A stretch of DNA of 64,000 nt. It comes from Eledone cirrhosa (taxonomy: Eukaryota). How positions within the stretch are numbered: the stretch's first letter is position 1; every line of letters starts with the position of its first letter. Below, piece after piece: positions 29,316-44,343 of the stretch. The notes beneath the pieces are model-generated. The model saw only the letters and a list, made by a program, of their open reading frames with translations, did not search any database and was not told where the DNA came from. Where the stretch lies: positions 185,008,001 to 185,072,000 of the forward strand of contig OZ024741.1 in NCBI GenBank assembly GCA_964016885.1, in the 5' to 3' direction. Both the position numbers and the translations under genes were made by a program.

Positions 29316-30018
29316 CAACTACATAACATCAGAGAATATAACGAATCAAAACAGTGATCATCAACTGTTACAAGTTATTAAAAAAGTTGAACTAGCGACG
29401 TCTGCGTAGCCTGAAATAAATAAATATGAATAAATATTGCATCTATATATGAAAAATAAACGAAAGAAAAGCAACAACACAGGGACTCTATAAAGTACAA
29501 TGAATATATATATTAGTTTAACACATGATATAATAGGGAAAGTGTATTACTAGTTCGGACGTTTGTCCTTCATCAGAAGGTAGAATGAGTGATAGAAAAC
29601 AAGAGAAAGGTAGGGAAGATTGTGCAGAGGGAGAAATGGAGAAGTTATTAAGAGAGAAAGCACTTGCGTGATTATTCAGCCATTACATATTACATATAAT
29701 TGGTTTCACCGCTCCAAATAATGACGTATTATTTTCGTTTTTTTTTCCGTTCTTTGCCAGGGAACGTTTCCACTAACGAAAGTATCGTCTTCCTGTCTTC
29801 CTTCGGTTGTAACGTTTTTTGAAATATTTACTTCTGCGTTCACAGATTGACTTTTTGAGTTTCAGAAGATCCCGTTAAGGGTGAAAGCAGCGATTCTTTG
29901 CTTAAACTTTCATCTGTTATTTTAATAAACCTTTGCTCTACGGTTCTTATATATTTGATATATATTTATCCTTTTCGAGCCCTCTTTGGATTTTAGTCTT
30001 CAAATTTATTATTATTAC

Positions 30019-30114
<96 letters not shown>

Positions 30115-30420
30115 TCTGTGTGTATCTATCTTTTACACGCTTGAGATGACAACAATTCTAAGTATAGTAGCAGAATGTGACAGAGGTAGAGTTGTATCTA
30201 CATCGAATCGATCTAAATCTTCAATTGCTTTAATTCCTATCCGTATTATATTGCACGTAATTATACACAAATATAGATATACAACCTGTGCATAGACAAG
30301 ATAGATTGATTAATAAATGTTTCAGGTATATATTATGAGACTAGTACACATCTATCATTAAATAAGATCACACAGATATACGCGCATGCACACATGCATG
30401 TATTCCTATATATACAATTA

Positions 30421-30478
<58 letters not shown>

Positions 30479-30767
30479 CAAATAACGAAACGAAATTAAA
30501 TTTCGTTTCGTTTGTAACTCACTTTTGTATGACTAACGCTTAAACAATTAAGTTAAAAATGTACATCTACATATGCATACTGAAATACTAGTGTGTATAT
30601 GAATACACACACGTATACATATGCAGATGTAACAAGTCTTTCACTGGTTGCTTTACTGTGAGCAACCCAGCTATTCTGTATGTAAACACACAGACAAACC
30701 GGTTTTTAGAGTCATACTGGTTTTCGAGGAAACACCTTCCCTCTATTCTCCAGAAAGCCAGACAAGG

Positions 30768-30812
30768 AATATTGAACTAGTTTCGTTGTTGTTACAACTC
30801 ATCAGCAATATT
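30768..30812 (-). ncRNA. Minimal type I hammerhead (family H)
   Basis: Minus strand aatattg-CTGATGA-gttg taacaa caac-GAAA-ctag-TT-caatatt; perfect stems; outer helix ATTCTCCAGAAAG/CTTTCTGGAGAAT. Confidence 0.9.
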
Positions 30813-30880
30813 TACCTATCTACCGGCCTTTCTGGAGAATTGTAAAAGCACATATCGTTATATGCTTTTTCTATGAAAAT

Positions 30881-30934
<54 letters not shown>

Positions 30935-30938
30935 ATTA

Positions 30939-30996
<58 letters not shown>

Positions 30997-31020
30997 TACT
31001 TATGTATATATATATATATA

Positions 31021-32510
<1,490 letters not shown>

Positions 32511-32905
32511 CATATATATCATTTATTTTGTTTGACCTGTTTAGCTTGATTAGTTTTTTGGGTTAGGTGGTTAATGCCTTCTTAAACACTGTTTCAGTTT
32601 GTATGGCGTTTTAACTTATTGTTTAGCTCTAGTTTTTTAACTATTGAGCGCTTGCCAGCATTTCTACGATTTTCCGTTTCGTTTCGCTTTTTCTACCAGC
32701 CGAAATACGATTCTCGCTGAATTATATTTATATTTATATATATATATATATATAAATTTGAGTTTGTGTTGGTTGCTTACCGACACCTAGTATGCAGGCT
32801 AGAGCACCCAACGAAGTGCGTAGGAGAGTTATCCTTCGGAGTTATTTAAAACAAGAAGTGTTAAAGTTAACTTCGGGTTAAAGTTAACTTCGTTTATTCA
32901 TATTC

Positions 32906-32964
32906 GCTGCCATATATATTTCGGTGATAACCATAATTCAACAGTTATGACCTCATCAGGCACC
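32906..32964 (-). ncRNA. Minimal hammerhead (family B), cleavage site mutated
   Basis: Minus strand ggtgc-CTGATGA-ggtcataac...gttatcacc-GAAA-tatata-TG-gcagc. Confidence 0.7.
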
Positions 32965-33107
32965 AACACTTGAACAGAAAAAATAGGGAAATATATTGGA
33001 GGAATAAAGTTTACCTTGTTAATTCGTTGATATGCCCAGATTCGAAATGTGATATTGTTAATCCAAAGAACTGTTCAAGTTCTAGCTGTAATTATAGTTT
33101 TCTAATA

Positions 33108-33268
33108 AACAACATAAGATAATTATTTCATTTACCAGTGGTTTCTCGAAGACATATATTTATATCTGTCTTCAGGTTTTTATTCGATCTGACGACTGAA
33201 GACAGATATAAATATCTGTCTTCAAGAAACCACTGGTAAATGAAATAATTATTTTATGTTGTTTATTA
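33108..33268 (+). mobile_element. Fold-back remnant (family I)
   Basis: 33108-33175 is the reverse complement of ~33196-33268. Confidence 0.7.
33185..33242 (+). ncRNA. Type I hammerhead (family I)
   Basis: cgat-CTGACGA-c tgaagacagata taaa tatctgtcttca a-GAAA-cca c tgg-TA-aatg; stem I is weak. Confidence 0.7.
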
Positions 33269-33391
33269 CATAACTAATAATCTCTGTAGCCAGAATTATA
33301 GTTTTCACCAATATATATATTGCAGTGAATATGAATAAACGAATTTAATTTTAACCTTTTGGCTCACACTTGTTGTTTTATATATATATAT

Positions 33392-33570
33392 AATTGTTTC
33401 TACTTTTGGCACAAGACCAGCAATCACCAGTACATTACTGGTACTTTATTTTATCGACCCCGTAAGGATGAAAGGCAAAGTTAACCTCGGCAGGATTTGA
33501 ACTCAGACTGTAACGGGACGTAACTATGCTGGAAAGCATGGCGTCCAACCCTCTACCGATACTGCCAATT
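33392..33570 (-). mobile_element. tRNA-derived SINE
   Basis: A/B boxes and conserved core. Confidence 0.85.
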
Positions 33571-33667
33571 CAATGTATTTAAATTTATATATATATATAT
33601 ATATACATGTGTGTGTGTATGTGTGTGTGTGTGTGTTTGTGTATATATATATATATATATATGGTTG

Positions 33668-34115
33668 TAGGATTGGTGCCCTAAAATAACGATGTATACA
33701 TGAATGTATGTATAGGATATTTGGCAATATACCGTATGTTTAATTTAAAACATTTAGAACATCTTACACTATCAGTTTTAAAGTAGTGACTACGTCACTT
33801 ACTTCTTTTCGGCGAAATAAGGGGGAGAGGCTTACACTCTGTTTCACGCTGGTTGGCGTTCAACAGAGCCACGACTCCCCTGATTCCGCCGAAAATTATA
33901 GACGTTGGATACTAATAGAATTCCAGTAATAATCAGGATCTGATTATACAGACTATTGCCGGTCCATGAAAAATTAGGTATTAGGATTGGTGCTCTGAAA
34001 TAACGATATATACATGAATATATGTATAGGATATTTGGCAATATACCGTATGTTTAATTAAAAACATTTAGAAGACCATACGCTATCAGTTTTAAAGTAG
34101 TGACTATGTCACTTA
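33668..34115 (-). repeat. ~1.4 tandem units (period ~313 bp) containing an HHR (family J)
   Basis: TAGGATTGGTGC...GTCACTTA repeated at 33668 and 33981. Confidence 0.75.
33829..33870 (-). ncRNA. Hammerhead with A6U core change (family J)
   Basis: Minus strand ggct-CTGTTGA-acgc caacca gcgt-GAAA-ca gag tg-TA-agcc. Confidence 0.65.
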
Positions 34116-34966
34116 TATATATGTGGGGAGGGGGGAGGATTAAATTCATAAAAATATTACGTGAGCTATTCCCATTAAACGCATTTAAAAACCAGACGGA
34201 AACACGTTTCTAGAATCATAAATTTTAACCATCTTCCACATAAACTTCTGACAGCTACTCCTAATAAATACACACTACTTACTCTGACAACCACAAACTT
34301 ACCAGCAAGCAAATTATTTTTTCCCATTTTTTAAAACACTCAAATTAGATCCCACTATACAATTTAAGGAATATATGTGAAATATACATACAAGTACAAA
34401 GTCACACAGACATACAATCACAGATTTTCACGCTTATTCACTCTTATGAAAGAGACTCAGACATTTATATGAAAATACCCACAAACACAAACAGAAGTAT
34501 ACACAGTTTTCATATACAGTTCTAATAACGCCAGTGTATTGTTTTATAAGCTGCGATTACCTGACACTCAACAGGAAGTGCGCTTGTTGCAATCTAGACC
34601 GGACATTGTTTGTTACACAAGGTGTTCAGTTTCCATTTCTGCACTATTCACATCTTCAATATAAGAGAGGTTACTTCCGTTCGGACAACCCTAATTGTTA
34701 TATATCGTTTCTCTATACCCACCACTTCTCCAGCAACACAAATTATACTTATGAAAGCCTCCCATTGGTTTCTGTATGTGTTTGTCTTCAGCACTTGCAC
34801 GTCATTTCCTTTGCTTCGCCCAGCTCTCTTTTCCCTCTCTTTCGCTGTACGCATACATGTATATGTAAATATATAAGTGTGCGTGTCTGTAATAAGACTC
34901 TTTTCTCTGTTTTACACTCGCTTATAATATTTTTCGCCATTAGTATCTTACACACACACACACGCA

Positions 34967-35003
<37 letters not shown>

Positions 35004-35456
35004 ATGTATATGTGTATGTATATAAAGAGACACGCTGTATTTCTCATTAGTGTAGCTGTCATTGATTTTAGTCTTTCAACCTTTCATTTATTTATTTCAG
35101 TCCAACATTTCTTTCCTTTTCTCTATCGACATTTTTATCTTCCTATCCATGTTTTCCTATCTTTCATTTGTATCTTTCTTCCATTTTCCTCTTCTGTTTG
35201 TCACCCAGCCGCCCGCCCTCCCACTAATTTCCTTCCTTCAATATTATATGTCCTTGCTGTCCACATTTAAATAGCATAGCATAAACGACAACACAAAAAC
35301 CACATACAGAAAAAAAGACGCTATCGAGAACAAAGATGTCGCCTGATTTTATTTTATTTTTATGGTTCTCCTAAAAGGTCCCAATAAGTCAGTTAACCAA
35401 GCTGAGACAGCGGTGGGTATCTGGTTTTGTTAGCACCACAGCGAGTAATAACTCAT

Positions 35457-35513
<57 letters not shown>

Positions 35514-35839
35514 CACATACACTCGGATACTGAAAACGAAACGGTCGACAATTACATGATAGACGACATAATCCGTAAACGGTACTGCTTCATTTCTCGG
35601 CATAAATACTAGTTAAATGTATCGTATTCAAATTGGTCGAAGTAGACGATTGTTTATTTATTGGTTATTTATATATATGTTCAATTATTTACTGGATTTT
35701 TTAAAGTGTTTGTTTTTTATTCAGTTTTATATTTGTTATCTGTTTCTTTTTATTTTGTTATCTATTTCTTTTTATTTCAATCAATGATCGAAAAATGCAA
35801 TAAAGAGGGTATTTAATGAAGCTTAACATTGCACAGGAG

Positions 35840-35911
<72 letters not shown>

Positions 35912-35947
35912 CCCCTCTCTCTCTTTCTCTTCTATTTCTCTCTCACA

Positions 35948-35991
<44 letters not shown>

Positions 35992-36092
35992 TTCTCTCTC
36001 TCTCTCTATCTACCTATCTATCTATTTCTCTCTCTCCTATCCCCCTCTCTATTTCTCTTTCTTTTCTCCCTCACCCTCATTCCCTGTATATA

Positions 36093-36170
36093 CGGGGTGT
36101 CCCCAAACAATGTATACACACTTTGATTAGAATGCTGTTGAAGTATGTATACATTTTCAGGTACACCCTA
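36093..36170. mobile_element. Tiny Tc1/mariner-type MITE; related half copy at ~11880
   Basis: TA|CGGGGTGTCCC...GGTACACCCTA|TA. Confidence 0.55.
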
Positions 36171-36910
36171 TATATATATGTGCGCGTGCGTGTGTGTGTG
36201 TATGTTTGTTTAGAAAAGTACATAGATACATACACAGATACTCACAAACATACACACGCTCTCAATTACGTACATACATAAATACTTACATACATTAGAA
36301 AAATCATGGCTAGTTAGGCAGTTTCAACTATTATTGGACATGTCAAAATATATAAAACATTCCAGAATTTCAGCATATATAACTGTATAGAGACAGAAAC
36401 ATATGCACACGTACACATGCAATAACATCCATACCTGGAATAACACCCAAACCTGGATATGCACACACAAACAAATACAGAAGTCCATTCGTATTTACCT
36501 AGAACATGTTTTTTTAAATCATATATATGTTTATTTATGTTTAATGTAAACAGGGATAACCATTCCGGTTAATTTGTATACATGTACTTGTATCGTTGTT
36601 CACACAGGATGGGTTTAGTCAACTTTAACTAGTACATACACATTATTGCCAATAAAGACTGCACATGCATGACATTCAGATACGTCTGGTGCAGATGTTG
36701 TCAGCCAGTCACTATCCCAACTACAGACAAAATATATGCATGGACCAGACATTACCCTAATTTCCGAATTAAACGTGACAATCTACTTTCAACTTCTCGT
36801 CTCACGAATAACATCATCCCCAGAGTTGCCCAGGTGAGACTACATCACGAATTGATTACACTCGTGTGCGGCGGAGTACGTTGTAAAAGTAACTAGATTA
36901 TTTGTTATCA

Positions 36911-37365
36911 TTGGTAGTATCGGTAGAGGGTCGGACGCCATGCTTTCCAGCATAGTTACGTCCCTTTACGATCTGAGTTCAAATCCCGCCGAGGTTGACT
37001 TTGCCTTTCATCCTTACGGGGTCGATAAAATAAAGTACCAGTAATGCACTGGGTAATTGCTGGCCTTGTGCCTAAAGTAGAAACATTTATTTTTTGGAGG
37101 GAATCAAATCTGAGTTCAAATCCCGCCGAGAATGACTTTGCCTTTCATCCTTACGGGGTCGATAAAATAAAGTACCAGTAATGCACTGGTTAATCGCTGG
37201 CTTTGTGCCTAAAGTAGAAACAATTATTTTTTGGAAGGAATCAAATCTGAGTTCAAATCCCGCCGAGAATGACTTTGCCTTTCATCCTTACGGGGTCGAT
37301 AAAATAAAGTACCAGTAATGCACTGTGTAATTGCTGGATTTGTGCCTAAAGTAGAAACAATTATT
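36911..37365 (+). mobile_element. tRNA-derived SINE with two extra tandem 137-bp copies of its 3' part
   Basis: TCTGAGTTCAAATCCCGCCGAG at ~36972, ~37108 and ~37245. Confidence 0.9.
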
Positions 37366-37449
37366 TTTTGGAAGGAATCAATTCCAGAATGCCGAGACGA
37401 AAATGGATGATTTGGTAAATGGAAAAATGTTTTAAAAAAAACAGCCTGA

Positions 37450-38400
37450 GTACATTTGCCAGTTACATTTGGAACACGATGCATCAATAGAGGAGGTTTA
37501 TGCAAATGAGCGCTAGTTAGATGCAGATTTCTTTGACCAGGTGGATCTCTAAGCGGGACCCGAGCTCGATCAGAAGCTGACATAATGCAATCCGTGTACG
37601 GTTGGTGTGAACATCTCTCTCTTCTTTTCCTAGATCTGTAGCAGTGAAAGTAGTGCCTACTACGTAAATTGATCGACAGGTGATACATTCAAACGTCGTA
37701 AAGTTCAATATGAAGGTGTTCTTTCAGAAGGTGAGATGCTAGCAGATTCTGGTTACTTTAACCTTCCTGTCTAAACGCGGCACGTACAGAGTGAGGCAGT
37801 CATTTGTTGATTGAATATCGACATAATTATCGCTGACAGTCACGAGTTCATCAACATATTCATGGTCACTCTTACTAAAATCTAATCTTGCAGTAACAAC
37901 TGCAATCCAATTATAGATATAATTTAAATGCGTTGAAGAGAGACAACAACATACCGCATACAATCCAATCTCAAAACGTTGCTCATAAGGGGATGTAGTA
38001 CGCTCTTATTAGGTTCTGCAGCATCTGAGACCCTGTTATGACAGTGTGTGCCACATTCAACAAAATAAGAAACTGATGGAAGGTCGTCTACTGTTGGTAG
38101 GCTTGGTGTTGTTGCAGAACCCCTGTAAAAATGAAGATTTGGTCCGCGCAAACTATGCTGTGACTCAAGGCATACTGATTTGGTTAGTTATGTTGACCAA
38201 GATCATTTTGAAATCTTCAGAAAAGTGTGATGGTGAATATCTTGGTCACAATATCTTACAAACTAATGAACCGGTACTTACAACACTTATTATCCGTCTT
38301 GAAGGAAGAGAGAACTATGGGTATTGACACATTATGGCCAAGTGTATAAACTTGCAGACGGACACCGCCTGCCAAAACCTTATCTTCATTGAAATCCTGG
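37450..38400 (-). pseudogene. Decayed cadherin-repeat coding sequence (protocadherin/Fat-like?)
   Basis: Frameshifted motifs VSDAAEPNKSVL, AVVTARLDF, LVTVSD, LTF*KNTFILN..E..VVGTTFTATDL and SASDRARVPL resemble cadherin EC repeats; several stops. Confidence 0.45.
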
Positions 38401-38855
38401 CATGAATCTGTACACAATATGAGAATACGAGTATTGTTACAGCGTCCATGGGAGCCCACGCGCTCGTTCTTCCAGGGCAACAAGTGACGAATATATATAC
38501 TTCATTGCTAACTCACAGGAAAAGATAATTATTTGCCTACTGTAACGCACAAACATTAAAACCTGTAGAATCGCAAATAATAAACATGCGCATGCTACAT
38601 CAGCAAAACATAAACGTTGAATATGTCTCTCGGAAGTCTACCGGACACCTGTCAACAATCCTCCAATCGTCAATCGAATAGGACTTGTATCACACTGGTG
38701 TTGACTATGGTTACATGGTATGGCCATTGCACTCAGCGAGAAGGCCAATGTATCTCTGTTTTTCTGGGATCACAGGCCTTGAAAAACTCGATTATGACTT
38801 AATCCACCATCTGTAATAAATGGTTTATGTACAAGCTAAAACCATATAAGGTATA

Positions 38856-39230
38856 ATAATATAATATAATATAATATATAGGCTGAAAGAATAATATAAT
38901 ATAATATATAGTCTGAAAGAATAATATAATATAATATAATATATAGGCTGAAAGAATAATATAATATAATATAATATATAGGCTGAAAGAATAATATAAT
39001 ATAATATAATATATAGTCTGAAAGAATAATATAATATAATATAATATATAGTCTGAAAGAATAATATAATATAATATAATATATAGGCTGAAAGAATAAT
39101 ATAATATAATATAATATATAGGCTGAAAGAATAATATAATATAATATAATATATAGGCTGAAAGAATAATATAATATAATATAATATATAGTCTGAAAGA
39201 ATAATATAATATAATATAATATAATATATG
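38856..39230. repeat. Minisatellite, ~35-bp unit, ~10 copies
   Basis: (ATAAT)n-ATAG(G/T)CTGAAAGA repeated. Confidence 0.95.
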
Positions 39231-39309
39231 ATATAATATAACATTCTTAGACTCAAAGAATTATACAATAAATAGGATAAGATATAGTATGACATTCTTA
39301 GACTGAAAC

Positions 39310-39967
39310 AAAGATCCTTGTTTATGTGCTGAACGTTCGTGGTAAGAGAGGGGCTAAGCTGGCTACTGATCACCATCTATTTCTCTGCAACCTGAAACTA
39401 CTTATTGTAAAAACGAAAGAAATATAGCAGGTCCAGCTCTAAATACAGAATAAAGCGCTGGTGGATATGGAAGTCATGATCAGATATGCGAATACAATGG
39501 CTTCCAAATTCAGAAACCTCCTTTAGCAAACTGAGGTCGTTGAAATAGTGTGAGAAATGTTCAGCACGACAGTTTATATTGCAGCTATTAAACTCTGCGA
39601 GCGAAATCGGCTTGGTGTTGCGCCTGTGGCAGAAGGATCCCTCTGTTCAATCATGAGGTTAAAGATGCCAACTAGGCAAGAATTGGGGCTTACAAATTGT
39701 GGCCTGGAAATAAGTCCTCTTTCTTGCATTTGCGGTACAATCAGGCGCGAAAATTCGCAGCAGTGTCTGTGAAGGTGACTTAGTAATATGAAGTCCTCCT
39801 CCATATCAGCTATGAGGAACACATTTGGGATTCTGCTACCTTCAGATGCTTCCTTGCGAGGTGGAGAGAATACTTTGCTGATCTAAACCCAAACACAATT
39901 GAATTTTCTAATGTACTTGAGTTGCAGCTGGGAGCGATGAATAACTTCTCGGAGACTGAGGTCACAA
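39310..39967 (+). mobile_element. RTE-clade LINE fragment (endonuclease end and linker)
   Basis: VLNVRGKRGAKLATDHHL, NHEVKDA and RWREYFADLNP motifs with stops. Confidence 0.75.
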
Positions 39968-40859
39968 GAAGAAGAAGAAGAAGAAGAAGAAGAAGAAGAA
40001 GAAGAAGAAGAAGAAGAAGAAGAAGAAGAAGAAGAAGATATATATGCATACACACTCAAGAGTAAACGTCCTATCTCTCAGATCAACACCAACAAACTAA
40101 TGAAATAGCGTCACTTTATTTCGTTCACTCGTTCAGTGTCTCTGAATGTCTAACTTCCATGTATATATTGTGTCGTATCCCCAGTGGAGAGATTTGCAAA
40201 GGCCTTTAAGCGGATGTTAGCGAAAGAGAAACGCCTAAAAACACATCAAATCAATGGTGGCCAAGTATATCATGGTCGCACTATGTATGGAGGTAGTTCG
40301 GTGACCTAACACGCCAAGCATTTCAACCAGCATAGTTTCGTTGATAAACATAGTACGGCCATTACCGAAAAAATTTGCTATCGTCAGCTCGTCGGGCAAC
40401 GAAACATGGTTTTACTGTTGAATTTATAAGGCTGCTAATGTATGTGGTGTCCCGAATGAGGGGCTTACCACGAGGTTTTTATAATGCTATAGTGCCATTC
40501 GCCATCTTCCCGGTTCAAGCTGCAATGGAATGCCAACTGCTTCCAAGCCGCGCTCAAATTTCTTTCGATAACATGGCAGGTCAAAGAAGGCCATTGGCAT
40601 TTAAGCGTCATGACAATGAATAAAGCCCGAAAGCATCTGCCATGGACCCGTGTGGCATCTGGCTCACTTTCAGGTCCGGAGACCAAGCCTGGTGGGAAGA
40701 CAAAAGCTGTCCACCTGGGAACCAGTTGATTGCAGGGGTACACCGTTTAGTCAGGTGCCTATATAGGGTTGGCAGGTAAATAGAAAATTTGCTAGACAAT
40801 GCCCATATACCTGACACACACACAAACACACATGCATTATATTATTATACATTATTTAT

Positions 40860-41027
40860 AGAGGGTCGGACGTCATGCTTTGACGCATAGAGTTACGGGT
40901 CTTGTCATTCTGAGTTCAAATCCCGCCGAGGTTAACTTTGCCTTTCATCCTTATGGGGTCGATAAAATAAAGTACCAGTAATACACTGGGTAATTGTTGG
41001 CCTTGTGCCTAAAGTAGAAACAATTAT
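40860..41027 (+). mobile_element. tRNA-derived SINE
   Basis: B box, core and tail. Confidence 0.85.
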
Positions 41028-41106
41028 TATACATTGCATATTAACTTGCAATATATCATACATACACAAATATACGCTCACACAAACACAAACACATACA
41101 CACACA

Positions 41107-41191
<85 letters not shown>

Positions 41192-42983
41192 CAAGTAATT
41201 ATCGCTCTATATGGCTGCACCAAACACATATACACACACCACACATCCACCCATACATACATGCATAGATATATACATGCATACATATACAGATACGTAC
41301 ATGCATTCTTACATACATATATTTAATATGCAGAAATCTGATTGAAGCATCATTCCCAAATCCAACATGATTTGCTTTCTAATCTAATATTTGTTTTTGG
41401 AAAGTAAATGTATCGACAGTTAATTCTGCTAATATATTCCACAAGGCATTTCATCCCTTAAGCAAGCACAGCATTTAATCAACGGTATGGTGCCTGTTGT
41501 CTATGACTGGCAGCTGGATATCAAAGCATTGATACGTCGGACTGATTGATAAAATGTCTCTTCGCAACAGAGATTTTATTTCTCACGCTTACAACACCGC
41601 ACCTCCCTTTCACACTGACACGACAGTTAAATCGTTTTTCATATTGGAAGACATAACAATAAATATATAAATGAATAAAATAAGCAAATAGATAAAATAG
41701 AAGATATCTCACGAGTATTGAACATGTCTGAGAGATAATGTTATTAATGCCGTATTTGATAAGCCCGCATTACCCCCACCCAGCACAACTCCAGTTTAAA
41801 CTTGAACCAGCAGATGTATGATCAAAAGGATTCCAGCTGTGATCCTCCCATCTTTTTAGAAGTATCAAGAAAATATTTCACAATATTAACCCCTTACATT
41901 TTAAAATATGATGGGGTGTAATTATCTGTAGGAGATTTTGTTGGTATTTCTAGTTGATGGAATGAACACTTTGGCTCACAAAATTGATGCTGTTGTTATT
42001 TTTGTATTTGCTTAACCAACGGATCAGATTTGATTCAGCAGACCTTTGATCAAAGCCTTTCCATTTGAAAGACCATCCTATCTTTAAATAAAAATAAGGT
42101 TTCTAGGACTACATAATCAATGGTAGTAGTAGCAGTAGTAATAGTAGTAGTAGTAAGAGGAAGAGGAGGGAGGGGAGAAGTGGGGGAGGGGGGATGAAGA
42201 GATAGGGTTTCTGGTTTTGTTGCTATTGAGTTTGTAGTGGTGGTGGTATTATTTTTATTCTAATCCTTACCGTAGTAGTTCGAACCCTAACACTAATCTC
42301 GTATCAGCTACAGCGATTATTTATCATGGCGTTCTGACCATAACAATTCTGTTTTCCCTGCAGAGGAATCCATTACTAAGTATGTTTCCCCGTATTTAAG
42401 AAGCTAGAGCGCAATTTGTGAGAGACCTGACTGATAATAATTGCATGTCAACCAACAACGTAGTAGCTTTTTCGCAGGCAAATTGGTTTTGTATTAATAG
42501 ATGTGAGACATTTGCTCTGTTAATATTACTGAGGCAACCTACACAAATGTTCATTCTGATTAAAACATTTCGCATATATAGAGAAGAAAGAGCTTGAAGG
42601 ATAATAATAATAGTTAACTAATGACTGTATGGGGAGTAAATATTAAGTCAGGAAGTTTGGCACACATTGACATATTTATGATCTTCTATTTGATCATTGT
42701 CGGAAAATTAATTTGCCATACCATCAAAACTGTGCTCTATCTCTCGTTCTCATATTCACTCACTCTCTCTCTCTTTCTCCATACACTAACATACATTTAC
42801 ACAAAGAGAAACATACGCACGCAAATATACATATTTTGTATATATAGAGAATTTAGTATATCTACTAACATATGCGTACAGATGTACGCTAATGCTAGCA
42901 AATACACAGGTTATGTCATAGTACCTAGGTGGTTCAATGCAGGAGGATGCAGAACAATAATATAAAAGACGTAAAATATTTTG

Positions 42984-43104
<121 letters not shown>

Positions 43105-43273
43105 GAGTGTCCAATAAGATCCGAAAATCTATTAAAGATGTTCATCATTTCTTTCAATGCACAGAGAGTTCGTATTTTCTGGCATGTTTGCATAATTCCA
43201 TATTAGATATAAGTATATGTTTATGCACGCTGGTGCAGTCTCGGTTACAGGTTTGATGTTAGGTTGGGAATTG

Positions 43274-43423
43274 CTTAACAACCGGATCATATCTGATTCA
43301 GCAGACGTTTGATCAAAGCATTTCGACACACACACACACACATACATGTGTGTGTGTATGTGTGTGTGTGTCGAAATGCTTTGATCAAACGTCTGCTGAA
43401 TCAGATATGATCCGGTTGTTAAG
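43274..43423. repeat. Palindrome made of flanking DNA
   Basis: CTTAACAACCGGATC...TTTCGACACAC / GTGTGTCGAAA...GATCCGGTTGTTAAG. Confidence 0.9.
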
Positions 43424-43424
43424 T

Positions 43425-43473
43425 GATTCCTGATGATTTCTAATGAATGAAACAGTTCTAGTCCTGTAGAATC
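43425..43473 (+). ncRNA. Type I hammerhead (family E)
   Basis: gattc-CTGATGA-tttc taat gaat-GAAA-cag ttctagtc ctg-TA-gaatc; element tail continues to ~43558 into (TA)n. Confidence 0.8.
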
Positions 43474-43556
43474 TCATCTATATTAAAACTTTTATACTCT
43501 GCTATGTATTGAGTACCTTACTTACTGTGGTTACCTCCGATTCAACCCGGAATAAC

Positions 43557-43600
<44 letters not shown>

Positions 43601-43712
43601 TAAAATAACAGATTAAAGTTTAAGCAAAGAATCGCTGCTTTCACCCTTATTCACAATTTTATTATTATTACTATATATATATATATATAGTGTATTCATG
43701 AGTGAATAATAA

Positions 43713-43857
43713 TAATTGTTTCTACATTTGGCACAAGGCCAGCAATTACCCAGTACATTACTGGTACTTTATTTTATCGACCCTGTAAGGATGAAAGGCA
43801 AAGTTAACCTCGACGGGATTTGAACTCAGACCGTAAAGGGACGTAACTATGCTGGAA
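43713..43857 (-). mobile_element. tRNA-derived SINE (5'-truncated)
   Basis: Core and B box. Confidence 0.85.
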
Positions 43858-43972
43858 TATCATAATATTATTAATATTTGGTTTGTTTACAAGTAAACAG
43901 CCTCATAAACACCACGTGGAAGATGAACATCCTCATCCTTTTGTACCAGCGCTAGCTGAGAGAAAACAATCG

Positions 43973-44018
43973 ACAGTTGACAATTGTTTCGGAATGTCTT
44001 GCTCCTTGTCAACATTGT
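43973..44018 (-). ncRNA. Minimal hammerhead variant with U3-A8 core (family M)
   Basis: Minus strand acaatg-TTGACAA-ggag caagaca ttcc-GAAA-caattg-TC-aactgt; stem I imperfect. Confidence 0.5.
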
Positions 44019-44163
44019 GTATTCTGCTACCGTCTGGAACTTCTTAGAATATTTAGTATTCTCAAATGATACATCGGCTGAATAGCCTCATAGGAATACA
44101 GTTTGTTTTCGCTGTTAACGAGGTGGATACCAAAGTGTATTCGTGAATGAAGTGTATTCGTGA

Positions 44164-44343
44164 ATTGTTTCTACTTTTGGCACAAGGCCAGCAATTACCC
44201 AGTACATTACTGGTACTTTATTTTATCGACCCCGTAAGGATGAAAGGCAAAGTTAACCTCGGCGGGATTTGAACTCAGACCGTAAAGGGACGTAACTATG
44301 CTGGAAAACATGGCGTCCGACTCTCTACTGATACTGCCAATCC
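44164..44343 (-). mobile_element. tRNA-derived SINE
   Basis: A/B boxes and core. Confidence 0.85.

Noticed and set aside
29543-29580. Minus-strand CTGATGA-aggac aaac gtcc-GAAC-TAGTA
   Set aside because: Core is one A short and stem I does not pair; probably a decayed HHR, not counted
29862-29900. CAGAAGA-tccc gttaa gggt-GAAA motif (relatives near 3540, 8730 and 43610)
   Set aside because: Non-canonical core in both readable copies and no UH site or stem I
36911-36990. tRNA-like A and B boxes
   Set aside because: SINE head without a cloverleaf; not a tRNA gene
38856-39230. Regularly spaced CTGAAAGA repeats resembling a CRISPR array
   Set aside because: The spacers are identical ATAAT runs, there are no cas genes and the context is eukaryotic; it is a minisatellite
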